Below, one piece after another: positions 11,717 to 23,842 of a stretch of 38,884 bases of DNA; positions within the stretch are counted from its first letter, which is position 1, and each line of letters begins with the position of its first letter. The DNA is from Nemertoderma westbladi (taxonomy: Eukaryota; Animalia; Xenacoelomorpha), in NCBI GenBank assembly GCA_032718475.1, contig JAUCBJ010000972.1:1-38884 (forward strand). Direction: 5' to 3'. The notes below the pieces were generated by a model. That model worked only from the letters and a program-made list of their open reading frames with translations. It searched no databases and had not been told where the DNA came from. A program made the translations under genes and the position numbers.

Positions 11717-13144
11717 GTGGCAACCCAATTTGTAAAAGTTATTAATTTATTAAATTATTAAATTAAATTATTGATACTGAAATATAAATTTATCACGTCA
11801 AAACCTCAAAGAAATTATTTAGCTAATGATTCTAAAGAATCACGATTAAATACTCCCAGGCAATTATTTTGCTAGATAAATAATAAGCAAGTTGGCTTAT
11901 TAGTCACTTTACTTTACTTTACTTTTGAGTAGTGCCGGCCTTGCCTATGTCCTATAGATGTAATTACCCGTTGCCAAGTAGTGATGAGTTGATTGAGACT
12001 GGTTCCAACTAAATAGGCAATAGCTAGTATGCCAAGGAATGATGCAGGTATAGAGTGGCAAGGGCATTTTGATGACTTACGTACTTACGTACGATTAGAT
12101 CAATTAATTAAAAACACATTTCTTAAATCACTTGAACTAATCAAAAACTATAATGGAATGGGGTATGGGATATTTGGCTGAATTATTAATGTTTAAAATT
12201 GAACACGACAGAACAACAGACACACCGATTGAGTTAGTGGGACCTGTATACTAAGCTCGCTTACTTTCGTCGCTCGCCCCACATTACATGAACGGAACTG
12301 ACCTTGTATTAATTCCTTGTAATTTTTTCAAGCAATATAGAATGGGTAGTTGGTGAGACATAAATAAGTCGTACCTAGTGATCTACCTATGAGCAAGATA
12401 TATATAACCATAACTATATAAAGCAACTACAACTATAACTAACTTAAAGACTTGTGATTTCAACAATCTTATCGAATGTTACGAACACATTGCTATTCAT
12501 ACACTAAAATACGAATATCAAACATCTTCACCCTTGTCATTATTATCTTCTCAAATAATTGCCATACAACTATAATTAATGAAGTCTAGACGTCTAGACA
12601 TAAGTTTTGAATTTTCTATGTAAATCATGGAATTTAATGATTTATACATACAAACATAACTATGTACTAATAACTAATCAAAATAATCATGATGAGATGA
12701 TTTCTTTGAAAAAGGTTGTCAGAGGCCCTGGTGTTAGGTATCTGATAGTGTTATCAGGAAATTAATCAAATTTAAATCATTTAAAGGGTTCTGAGAGAAG
12801 AAAAGTACCTTCTTCATCTGTAAAAAGTGGATTATTAAGTTAAATTATTAAGTTATCGCAATTTCGTTTCTCCCAAGTTCAGTATCCTTTTCAAGCTGGT
12901 CTATGTTATGGCCGGTCGCCCACAGCTATGATTTCCTTGTGTTGGTTGCCAGAAATTTAGACCTGGTATGACCTCATGTTTACTTCTCCAGAAGTGCCGA
13001 CTGAGCTTTACTTTAATTTTATCAGCTTATTTACTATTTAGTTAATGAGGTCCCAGGAGGGAATCTAAGTCGCAATAGAGTTAAAATTACTAAGACGAGT
13101 TGGTAGAATGTTGAAACCATAATAAAATGAGTTTACAGTGCAAG

Positions 13145-13184
13145 TACGGACGTTTCGTTATTTACTAATAACATCATCAGCGTA
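13145..13184 (-). ncRNA. Minimal type I hammerhead ribozyme motif
   Basis: Exact reverse complement of the motif at 13319-13358. Confidence 0.7.
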
Positions 13185-13318
13185 AATAAGCGGCACAAAC
13201 GGACAATAAAACAGTTATATAATTAACAATTTTAACTTAAACTTATTTGAACTTTTGTTGTAGTCCTACACTAGGTTTAATTATATAACTGTTTTATTGT
13301 CCGTTTGTGCCGCTTATT

Positions 13319-13358
13319 TACGCTGATGATGTTATTAGTAAATAACGAAACGTCCGTA
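13319..13358 (+). ncRNA. Minimal type I hammerhead ribozyme motif
   Basis: tacg-CTGATGA-t-GTTATT-agta-AATAAC-GAAA-cGTC-cgta: stem I tacg/cgta, CUGANGA core, 6-bp stem II, GAAA, a vestigial stem III with the palindrome ACGT, and a GUC cleavage triplet (cut predicted after 13354). Confidence 0.75.
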
Positions 13359-14309
13359 CTTGCACTGTAAACTCATTTTATTATGGTTTCAACATTCTAC
13401 CAACTTGTCTTAGTTATTTACTATTTGTTAGGTATGTCTTAATTGTTGCTGTATGTCAGCATAGTTGCTTGAATTGTAGGCCACATTAAGTTTTTTTGTT
13501 GGGTGTAAACGTTGTACCGACAATGTGCCGGCATAACGTTGTGCCGACAGTGTGCCGATAATGTGGTGAAACTGTGCCGACAGTGCAGGAGTTTGAACGT
13601 TATTTGAACAAAATCCATTCAAAGACTAAAAAGTTATTGCAACTTTAGTGTCAGTAAGGCGTACTCTGAAACGGAACTCAATATCCAATATTTATTAACG
13701 AATTGAGCAAACAAAAAAAAACAATTTAAGAATACAATTATTATATGCGTATTACATGGGAAAAAAAGTAGAACATTTTTTTTCAACATTCTCTCGAGTC
13801 TCGCCCGTTTATTAAACTCGGTAAATAAAATGCCTCGAGAATAAATAAGAAAAGTTCTACTCTTTTCCAATGTAATAAATAATTATACACTGCAGTTGCG
13901 CGGCAGATGCGCGGCAGTTGCGCGGAAGAGTGAGCCTATTTATATATATTTATATATATTTAAAATTTCTTAAAAGAATCGGTCGAAATGACAAGATCAG
14001 GTAACTATTGATTAGGATAAGAAACACAGCTGATATACAGCTGTTTCTCATAATATATTATCATTCTCTAATTGCATTTTTCCTTCTTACTCAATTTTAT
14101 CTTCCATTGATTATGAACATTAAGTATTTTACTTTTAATATGTATTATTCGAATAATTGATTGCTTTGTTCCTCTAGCTATTATAACGTTTTTTTGGGCA
14201 CAGCTTTGCAAATGCAAAGTCGGCAATGACGTCCAGGTGGGCGTAAATGAGGACGTCAATTGCGGACATACAAGGTATCAGGTAGTATTCCCAGGTCTAT
14301 ATTTTACCT

Positions 14310-14423
14310 GAGCCGCTAGCTGAATGGTTAGAGCGTCAGGCTTCCAACCCGGAGGTCGCCAGTTCGATCCCACATGGACGTCATTGCCGACTTTGCAAAA
14401 GCTGTCCCCAACAAAAGTTATAA
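14310..14423 (+). mobile_element. tRNA-derived SINE (tRNA-Gly(TCC)-like head)
   Basis: A box TAGCTGAATGG (14317-14327), anticodon loop ctTCCaa, B box AGTTCGATCC (14361-14370). T and acceptor stems are broken. The 3' body recurs inverted at 14181-14241. Confidence 0.65.
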
Positions 14424-14473
14424 AAAAAGGAAACCACTCATTCACCCAAAGCACCGATAATACAATCCTCTAA

Positions 14474-15862
14474 CTAGCAATTTTTACCTTCTAGATGGTG
14501 ATTGTTCTTGCACTTGCATTTGTAGTTCTGCTTTCGCAAGCGTGGAAAAGTTTTTGCTATAATTGATTCAGAATATTCCTCGATGTCTAGATCCAGAAAT
14601 CTCTCGATGTAATGGACTAACCAATTAAAATCTCTTTTGGAATCTATAATGCAACAACTATAATAGAAATCGATAATGCACAATTTATTTGCTGCCGTAA
14701 TTTTGTATACTGATGTACTTCTGTTAATTATTATTGGTTGAAATCTTTTTCCCTTCATTTTCTTGGCATAATTACGGCTTGAACTCCAGTTGAACTGCAC
14801 GACATTTAATAATAAGTCTGTCGGCCCCAAAGTTACTCCCTTAAATGACCCTGACACGTTACAGTAACTCAGTACTTTATTATCTGGGATAATACTTCCT
14901 TCCTGGGCTGGAAAACTACCAAGAATGTGTTTCAATATCACCAGATCTTCTGTTGCTTTTGTCAAGGAAGGAAGTCTGATCTTCTGCTTTATATAGGATT
15001 CCGAGGCTTTTGGCAAATCATCAAGGAAGTTGATAACGATAACTAGAAACTCAACTATTAAGCCACGTTGATGGCGGCTCTCGGAGGGGTCTGTGGTGGT
15101 TTCTTCAAGGAGTGTGGTGGACTGTCCAAAATAGAACGAGTAAAGCTCTTTATCTTTCTCAAACATAACTAATGAATTTATTTCATCAACCCCTCTAATT
15201 TCATCAGAGTTCGCCACCCAGAACGACCATTTCAACGTCTTGCTACTTCGATACTTATCGGTGCACAGAGATGGTGTCATACGGTTCCAGCCAATAGAAC
15301 TAATGGGGTATCCCGGTGCCAATGTGAACTGAAGAAGAGGATTTTGGGTGATTTTACCATCTTTAATCAGCATGATACTTAGACGCTCCCCTAAAAATTG
15401 TGTTATTTGAACTCCTGAAAATTTCATGGGGAGGCATTTTTGGTCATAAAAATCACGAAAACTCTCAAATTGAGACTCACACCTGAAGTATATCGAATAT
15501 CGCTCTGTATAAAACTCGTAATCTTTGACATGACTATTTTGAATCAAAACAGAACATTTTTTTGAATCAAATGTAACCTTTGATACATTGTCGATGATAT
15601 GCCATTGACCATCTCTACTACCATCATATGCAACACCATCAGGCTCATCTTCCCAGTCGATAATCGCTAAGGGTCTAAATTTCCAGGTATTTGGTCCTAC
15701 ATTCGTCAAGGAAGAAGATAAATCCGCTTCATTCATAGAAACAGATGCGAAAAGCAAGCTATCAATTTCAGTTGTTATTTCGTTTCGATTAACATCTTTG
15801 ATAAGCATACAGAATAATAGGTTTGGAAACTTTGATTTCAATACAACACCAGAGAAAGTCAT
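14474..15862 (-). CDS. Uncharacterised 462-aa protein, paralog of 24471..25904; possible tandem PH-like domains
   Basis: Long uninterrupted ORF in AT-rich DNA. Colinear amino-acid similarity to the 477-aa ORF (PLA..DWE.EP.G, SKVTFDSKK.SVLI.NSH.K, SGVQI.Q..GE.LSIM.I, QRG, GSFKGV, F.PI.I). The true start or an upstream exon is uncertain. Confidence 0.8.
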   Translation of the reverse strand: MTFSGVVLKSKFPNLLFCMLIKDVNRNEITTEIDSLLFASVSMNEADLSSSLTNVGPNTWKFRPLAIIDWEDEPDGVAYDGSRDGQWHIIDNVSKVTFDSKKCSVLIQNSHVKDYEFYTERYSIYFRCESQFESFRDFYDQKCLPMKFSGVQITQFLGERLSIMLIKDGKITQNPLLQFTLAPGYPISSIGWNRMTPSLCTDKYRSSKTLKWSFWVANSDEIRGVDEINSLVMFEKDKELYSFYFGQSTTLLEETTTDPSESRHQRGLIVEFLVIVINFLDDLPKASESYIKQKIRLPSLTKATEDLVILKHILGSFPAQEGSIIPDNKVLSYCNVSGSFKGVTLGPTDLLLNVVQFNWSSSRNYAKKMKGKRFQPIIINRSTSVYKITAANKLCIIDFYYSCCIIDSKRDFNWLVHYIERFLDLDIEEYSESIIAKTFPRLRKQNYKCKCKNNHHLEGKNC

Positions 15863-17039
15863 GCCTTCAGTTCTACCTAAAGTTCCATAAATATAGTTAC
15901 TAATTCTATCTATAATTCTCTATTAATGCTTTCTAGTTTACTTGCTCGTCGTCAAATAAAGTTAAGTTGTAAAGTATAGAGGAATTATGTAGTATTTTAA
16001 GTATATTAAGTAGTTTTTATTACATACTATAATTTCTCAACATGCATTATTTTTTATAAAATGGAAATTAATTACATAGATGTAGGACTTGTTACATTGA
16101 TGTGCTGAATGTACTGAAACTGGCCTACATTCACACACTTTCTTTATTCACTAAGGTAATTCTAAAGAAGAGGAATGGCAGCTTATCTAATGAGGATGAG
16201 AAACTCTTCATGAGATAAGCACCTCGCCCTGTATACAGTACCAGTCGACCCTCTTCTTGGTAAAACAAATTCTATTTTCTATTAATTCTATTAATGTTCT
16301 AGAACAAATATTTTTGTTCTAGAACAGAAAATAGAAAAGACTAGCTAATTTGTTTATCTTTTTCATTTTTTATTGAATGTTATCTCTGTATATATTTTTT
16401 AAACTAGCTAGTTTTTGTTTCCATTTTTTAATTAAAAATGTTCTAGAGCATATTACCTATTCATTTAATATAAAAATGTTGTTTGTTCCAGAACAAAAAA
16501 AAACAAAAAACTAGCTAATTTGTTAATTTTTTATTCTATGTTATCTTTGTATCACATATTTAATAAAAATCACTAGCTAGAATGAAAATTTGTAGTTGTT
16601 AGTACCGGTAATTGTTTTTAACACTTACTAATCAATTAAAAAACACTACAATATAACTTTTTTTTAATGTTCCAGAACAAAAAATATATGTTCTAGAACA
16701 TTACTTTTTACAAAAATAAATAAACGATATATTCTAGAACATTTTAAAAAAGTAAGAAAAACTAGCTTTGATTACTTCAAAAATACCTAATTAATTAATT
16801 TTGTTCTAGAACAACAATTATTTGTTCTAGGACAAAATTAATAAAAAAATGAATAGACAATATGTTCCGGAACATTAAAAAAAAAGTAACAAAAACTAGC
16901 TAGTATAAAATTTTTTTTTATTTTTTTGGGGGGGGGGGGGGTGTGTGAACAAAACACACTAGTACCTGTGGTAAACTTGTCCCATAATGCTTGTCAGCAG
17001 CAACTTATGTAGCTTGGGTACGCATAGTTTGACGACATT

Positions 17040-17160
17040 TTTTCATATGGAAAAGGCTTTCATCATGAGGTTTTTTTTTAGAAGAAATATTTGAGCTTCT
17101 GACAGTAGGATGGTAGCTAGTAATTTTGATTTTGTGTTAGCTATTACTTTTTTTAAGCAG
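17040..17160 (-). repeat. Dispersed AT-rich repeat module (also near 24070-24150, 24240-24330 and 27445-27560 on +)
   Basis: Shared block aacacaaaatcaaaattactagctaccatcttactgtcaga...aaatatttgttctagaacaaaaaacctc. TGTTCTAGAACA and ACTAGCTA motifs are also dense at 16290-16910. Confidence 0.7.
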
Positions 17161-17556
17161 TGAAAAAATTTAAATTATAATTTTTTTTCATAATTTGTTA
17201 GCGGACACAGTCCGTTATGCGCTCCCATTTCAAAGAGGATCGGGGGCCACTTTACTAATATTGGCTGGAAGAAACATCAGGCTGGTGAGAGCTAATTAGC
17301 TCACTCACAGCACATGCAAAACCCAATAAAGCCCAAGGGGACAGTATGGCATGATGTTCCAATGGAGAGTAGGGTGGATCAACTCTAAGGCCATCATTGA
17401 TGCAATTTACCAATTCTCAGTGGCAGTCAGCTGGAGTCGGACCCAGGATAGAACATCAGTTGTTTGCAATTTACCAGTACAGAGGTTGCAACGTCTTTTG
17501 CACCTCTAGCTTCAGCTTCATATATACTGTTACCGGTCTAGTTGTATTGTCATGCG

Positions 17557-17687
17557 TAGTTATTATCGTTATACACGATAGTTATTATCGTTATACACGA
17601 TAATTATTTTCGTTATACATGATTTTTATTATCGTTATACACGATAGTTATTATCGTTATACACAATAGTTATTATCATTATACACG
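17557..17687. repeat. Minisatellite, 22-bp unit x 6 (tagttattatcgttatacacga)
   Basis: Direct reading of the tandem units. Confidence 0.9.
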
Positions 17688-18849
17688 CCAGAGCGACCAT
17701 GTCACCCTGTTTGGTATGTGCATTCAGCGTGCGTGCGTTCATTGTAGCAATCTTTAGTGTCTTTTTACATTTCAACAGGTTGGTTCTTCTTTAAAATTTT
17801 AAATATATAATATTTTAAATTAAAAAAAACTAGCTATATTTTCTAGAACATAATATTATTTATTTTATTTATGTTCTAGAATAGTATATATTACTTGTCT
17901 ATTGTTCTAGAACTCTTCAAAGTTGCCATAATAACAATGACATATGTTTTAAAATTGCAGTTCTATACGGAACTCTAACCATTAATTGCATGCCCAAATA
18001 ATTTTTACAGCCCTTGTTTATTATTGATATTTATTATTGATGTATTACTTGACATTATTGATTATATCAGAGAAGAAAATGTGTGTAAGAAGTTTATTGT
18101 CAATGCACAACAATGGCAATTGATATTGAAAAACTAAAGAAATTATTACTGTAGTTCTATTACAAAGAAGTTAGAAATGAATCGAGTTACAGTGCAGTAA
18201 CTGTGTATAACCCTTTAACGCCGGCTTAATAAAAGTTTTCTGCATTGAATACCGGCTATAGAAAAAAATTTTTTTTTTGAAAATTTGTCAAAACCCTGGA
18301 AATTAAAAACTAAAAAAAAACTTCAAAAAAAAACTTTTTTTCAAAATTTTACCTTTAGTAGTAGTGTACCTTCATAAGTACAAATTTTTTTTTCTAAATT
18401 TATTTTTTGAAAATTTTTTGTACTAATGTAGGCAGGCTACTACTAAAGGTAAAATAAAAACAGATATTTAACTTCTACCACCATATTGGCCTTGTTTTAC
18501 CCTTATTATATAAGAAATGGAAATGTAAATATATTATAATAGAGTAAGTAATAACATGCAAAGTAGAAACTCTCAAAATATTAAATACGTAATTAATGTT
18601 GATATATAATTTAGTAATATAAACTATTGTTGTTGTGAATTATAACATAATTGATAATAAATATATAAGAGGATAGATAGCAATTGATTTTACTACGTTT
18701 CCTTATGACGTAGTGCGGCGTCCTTGGTGGTGTTCACCCAATGTTCAGATTGAGGATTGAACGCTTCAATTTACGCACACTCAGTTGAGAAACTTAAACA
18801 TGTAATTAATTTTAATCATTTTCTGTGTAAACAAAACATCAGACTAGCT

Positions 18850-21800
18850 CGATTTGGTTGAAACTTACGGTTTACCGGACCAGCTATTTCAAACAGCTGT
18901 GAGTCCTGGATTGGAGGAATTTTCTCACCGGTGGAAAGCCAGTTTAAGGGCATGTTTTGTGCAGCATTGGGGGTTCGAAAGAACGTCTGCCGAGAAATGT
19001 TGTTTCTTGAATCCGGTGTGGCTCCTTCTAGACCATTGATTAAACAGCGCCAAACAATTGTTTTGTGCAAAATCTTAGAGAGGTTCGATGGAGCAGCTTT
19101 TACTAAATCTGGGCTATAAACACGTCCAAGTTGCGGAAGAATATATGCGTTCTAGAATCCGTAGAGCTAACACCGATTCAACCAAACGCCAATTGTATAT
19201 TAGAAATAACCTGACCTTTTATAGGGTTTATATTGTTTATAGGGACAGGCGATCTGACGAACCTCAGACTCTCATGGTCTCGTCTACGCCTTGGTTCCAC
19301 CAATCTCCCAGTGGAGTTAGGTCGCTGGCACAGAGTCCCTAAGGATGAACGGTTAGGTCTCTGGTACAGAGTCCCTAATGATGGACGGTTAGGTCGCTGG
19401 AACAGAGTCCCTAAGGATGAACGGTTAGGTCGCTGGTACAGAGTCCCTAAGGATGAACGGTTAGGTCGCTGGCATAGAGTCCCTAAGGATGGACGGTTAG
19501 GTCGCTGGCACAGAGTCCCTAAGGATGGACGGTTAGGTCGCTGGCACAGAGTCCCTAAGGATGAACGGTTAGGTCGCTGGCACAGAGTCCCTAAGGATGG
19601 ACGGTTAGGTCGCTGGCACAGAGTCCCTAAGGATGAACGGTTAGGTCGCTGGCACAGAGTCCCTAAGGATGGACGGTTAGGTCGCTGGCACAGAGTCCTT
19701 AAGGATGAACGGTTAGGTCGCTGGTACAGAGTCCCTAAGGATGAACAGTTAGGTCGCTGGCACAGAGTCCCTAAGGATGAACAGTTAGGTCGCTGGCACA
19801 GAGTCCCTAAGGATGAACGGTTAGGTCGCTGGCACAGAGTCCCTAAGGATGAACGGTTAGGTCGCTGGCACAGAGTCCCTAAGGATGAACAGTTAGGTCG
19901 TTGGCACAGAGTCCCTAAGGATGAACGGTTAGGTCGCTGGCACAGAGTCCCTAAGGATGAACGGTTAGGTTGCTGGCACAGAGTCCCTAAGGATGAACGG
20001 TTAGGTCGCTGGCACAGAGTCCCTAAGGATGACCGGTTAGGTCGCTGGCACAGAGTCCCTAAGGATGAACGGTTAGGTCGCTGGCACAGAGTCCCTCAGG
20101 ATGAACGGTTAGGTCGCTGGCACAGAGTCCCTAAGGATGACCGGTTAGGTCGCTGGCACAGAGTCCCTAAGGATGAACGGTTAGGTCGCTGGCACAGAGT
20201 CCCTAAGGATGAACGGTTAGGTCGCTGGCACAGAGTCCCTAAGGATGAACAGTTAGGTCGCTGGCACAGAGTCCCTAAGGATGAACGGTTAGGTCGCTGG
20301 CAGAGAGTCCCTAAGGATGAACGGTTAGGTCGCTGGTACAGAGTCCCTAAGGATGAACGGTTAGGTCGCTGGCACAGAGTCCCTAAGGATGAACGGTTAG
20401 GTCGCTGGTACAGAGTCCCTAAGGATGGACGGTTAGGTTGCTGGCATAGAGTCCGTAAGGATGAACGGTTAGGTCGCTGGCACAGAGTCCCTAAGGATGA
20501 ACGGTTAGGTCGCTGGGACAGAGTCCCTAAGGATGAACGGTTAGGTCGCTGGCACAGAGTCCCTAAGGATGAACAGTTAGGTCGCTGGCACAGAGTCCCT
20601 AAGGATGAACGGTTAGGTCGCTGGCACAGAGTCCCTAAGGATGAACGGTTAGGTCGCTGTGACAGAGTCCCTAAGGATGAACGGTTAGGTCGCTGGCACA
20701 GAGTCCCTAAGGATGAACAGTTAGGTCGCTGGCACAGAGTCCCTAAGGATGAACGGTTAGGTCGCTGGCACAGAGTCCCTAAGGATGAACGGTTAGGTCG
20801 CTGGCACAGAGTCCCTAAGGATGAACGGTTAGGTCACTGGCATAGAGTCCCTAAGGATGAACGGTTAGGTCGCTGGTACAGAGTCCCTAAGGATGAACGG
20901 TTAGGTCGCTGGCACAGAGTCCCTAATGATGAACGGTTAGGTCGCTGGCACAGAGTCCCTAAGGATGAACGGTTAGGTCGCTGGGACAGAGTCCCTAAGG
21001 ATGAACGGTTAGGTCGCTGGCACAGAGTCCCTAAGGATGAACAGTTAGGTCGCTGGCACAGAGTCCCTAAGGATGAACGGTTAGGTCGCTGGCACAGAGT
21101 CCCTAAGGATGAGCGGTTAGGTCGCTGGCACAGAGTCCCTAAGGATGAACGGTTAGGTCGCTGGCACAGAGTCCCTAAGGATGAACGGTTAGGTCGCTGG
21201 GACAGAGTCCCTAAGGATGAACGGTTAGGTTGCTGGCACAGAGTCCCTAAGGATGAACAGTTAGGTCGCTGGCACAGAGTCCCTAAGGATGAACGGTTAG
21301 GTCGCTGGCACAGAGTCCTTAAGGATGAACGGTTAGGTCGCTGGGACAGAGTCCCTAAGGATGAACAGTTAGGTCGCTGGGACAGAGTCCCTAAGGATGA
21401 ACGGTTAGGTCGCTGGCACAGAGTCCCTAAGGATGAACGGTTAGGTCGCTGGCACAGAGTCCCTAAGGATGAACGGTTAGGTCGCTGGCACTGAGTCCTT
21501 AAGGATGACCGGTTAGGTCGCTGGCACAGAGTCCCTAAGGATGAACGGTTAGGTCGCTAGCACAGAGTCCCTAAGGATGAACGGTTAGGTCGCTGGCACA
21601 GAGTCCCTAAGGATGAACGGTTAGGTCGCTGGCACAGAGTCCCTAAGGATGAACGGTTAGGTCGCAGGCACAGAGTCCCTAAGGATGAACGGTTAGGTCG
21701 CTGGCACTGAGTCCTTAAGGATGACCGGTTAGGTCGCTGGAACAGAGTCCCTAAGGATGAACGGTTAGGTCGCTGGCACTGAGTCCTTAAGGATGACCGG

Positions 21801-22330
21801 TTAGGTCGCTGGCACAGAGTCCCTAAGGATGAACGGTTAGGCCGCTGGCACAGAGTCCCTAAGGATGAACGGTTAGGTCGCTGGCACAGAGTCCCTAAGG
21901 ATGAACGGTTAGGTCGCTGGCACAGAGTCCCTAAGGATGAACGATTAGGTCGCTGGCACAGAGTCCTTAAGGATGACCGGTTAGGTCGCTGGCACGGAGT
22001 CCCTAAGGATGACCGGTTAGGTCGCTGGCACAGAGTCCCTAAGGATGAACAGTTAGGTCGCTGGCACAGAGTCCCTAAGGATCAACAGTTAGGTCGCTGG
22101 CACAGAGTCCCTAAGGATGACCGGTTAGGTCGTTGGCATAGAGTCCCTAAGGATGACCGGTTAGGTCGCTGGCACAGAGTCCCTAAGGATGGACGGTTCT
22201 GCTGTTCAGACTGAAGAACACCTGTTGTGCGTTTGTCAGTTAACCGTTCGAACCTCAGACCTAGATTATAGATCCAAACCTGTTATCCTTCAATATAATA
22301 TTTTTTGTAGATGTATAACTTGATTCTGAT
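18850..22330 (+). mobile_element. Decayed 3' end of a non-LTR retrotransposon ORF2, split by a tandem array
   Basis: Fragments FCAALGVRKNVCREMLFLESG, TKRQLY and RLRLGSTNLPVELGRW..VPKDERL lie before the array, and C..VQTEEHLLCVC (frameshifted) lies after it. Together they form the typical LINE C-terminal CCHC-finger region. Confidence 0.7.
19317..22196 (+). repeat. Tandem array, 36-bp unit x 80 (ttaggtcgctggcacagagtccctaaggatgaacgg; encodes LGRWHRVPKDER)
   Basis: 2880 bp = 80 x 36. Phase is kept throughout, only substitutions are seen, and there are no spacers. Confidence 0.97.
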
Positions 22331-22880
22331 TTCTCCTTGATGTTTAAATCGGTACTGTTTGTGTTTGTCTTATTTTGGTTAACAGGTATTTGGTTATATT
22401 TGGACTTTCTCCGAGTCGTTTGGTGTAAACTTTCAGTTGGATTTGTATTATTTGTATATTTCGGTAAAGGTCATTAAATTAGAGAAACAAATGAGAAACC
22501 AGTCTCCTATCAAAAATGAAACCTACCTTAACAAATAAACACTTTAATAACTGCACGAATAACTATCCTATATATTAGAAAATACAGGACTTTTTGTCCG
22601 CCGAAAGGGGCAAGTCTATATACTAAATTTGATAAAAATAAATGGTTTCAGGATTTAAACACTGTACCCAGGGAAATACAGCTGCACCATCAGCATTATA
22701 TATCTATTATATTTCTTGTGCAGTATGCCTCTTGTAGCCTTTTGAAAGCTAGTTGTTTCCGTTGCCCCCCATTCCTGTTACGCCCCCGTCACACTAGTGA
22801 TTCCTGTTACCTCCCCCATATTGGAAATTATTAGCAGCATATAAACGCTAGTGAGATATAGATATTTTTACATACGATAT

Positions 22881-23155
22881 AACAACAAAGGTTATTGTTT
22901 TGGTTAGAAAAAGCCGTCTCTATAACCTGCTCTTTTCCCCCAATTGGTAACAACATCGTTTATTGTTTTGGTTTGAAAAAGCCATTTCTGTAACCTGCTC
23001 CTTTCCCTCAATTGTTAACAACATCGTTTATTGTTTTGGTTTGAAAAAGCCATTTCTGTAACCTGCTCCTTTCCCTCAATTGTTAACAACATCGTTTATT
23101 GTTTTGGTTAGAAAAACCCGTATCTGTAACCTGCTCCTTTCTCTCAATTGGTAAC
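22881..23155. repeat. Minisatellite, 68-bp unit x 4
   Basis: ttattgttttgg recurs at 22892, 22960, 23028 and 23096. Confidence 0.9.
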
Positions 23156-23842
23156 AGGGGTAACATGACAGTACCGTTAGTTTTTACGTATTACCCCGCC
23201 AGCTGAAGCTCTTCCCAGTGAATCCTATGGGGATATCTATAAGATTACTTACTCACTGCTATGTTAGTTGGGAGGCCAGCTGATTGAATTTTAAGCACTA
23301 CTGGAACGTTTAAATGTTTTATAGGTTAATAACTACACTACAATAGATAGAAAGGATCTGTTTTAGATTACTAGCGACTGTTTAAAAGGTATATCAGGTG
23401 ATTGATTATTATTTGCTAAAATATCTTGTCGGCTTAAGGAAAGGGAATATATACAATTGTATCAAGACCCGTTGTGTAGCATTGACAACATGAGATATAT
23501 GTGACATTTACACAAGACCAAACATGTGACATTGACCCAAGACCTGATAGTGAAATTGATCAAATTTAATAGATTATATTTGTTAAATTATGTAAATGTG
23601 TAAAAATTGGGATGAGTTGAATTGTCGACCAAAATAAAAAATAAATGCTATCTGTATTTTTCTGTAGCTGTATTTTTTCAGGTGCATAACTACTGTATGT
23701 CCCGATTCTCACAAAATACAGTACGTGCCTGGCTATTATATATTCTTATTGAAGTTGTTGAAACATTAAGATAATTCATTATAAACAATGTAATCTTTAA
23801 CTACTTAAAATTATATTACACTGCGGGATTATTCGTTGCGAT

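Larger units (their letters stand above)
13089..13414. repeat. Long palindrome (138-bp arms, 50-bp spacer), probably inverted termini of a Penelope-like element
   Basis: 13089-13226 is the reverse complement of 13277-13414, with one mismatch seen. Each arm contains a hammerhead core. Confidence 0.9.

Noticed and set aside
14310-14382. Functional tRNA-Gly(TCC) gene
   Set aside because: The T stem and acceptor stem do not pair, and it runs into a repeated body, so a SINE head is more likely.
17190-17510. Possible SINE on the minus strand
   Set aside because: Only a degenerate B-box-like GGTCCGACTCC is present, with no convincing A box or TSD.
18207-18460. piggyBac-like terminus (ataa-CCCTTTAACGCC) with an internal inverted repeat
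   Set aside because: The TTAA site is imperfect, and no matching opposite end was found in the window.
19317-22196. CRISPR array (36-bp repeat length)
   Set aside because: Units are directly adjacent with no unique spacers, there are no cas genes, the context is eukaryotic, and the unit derives from LINE coding sequence.
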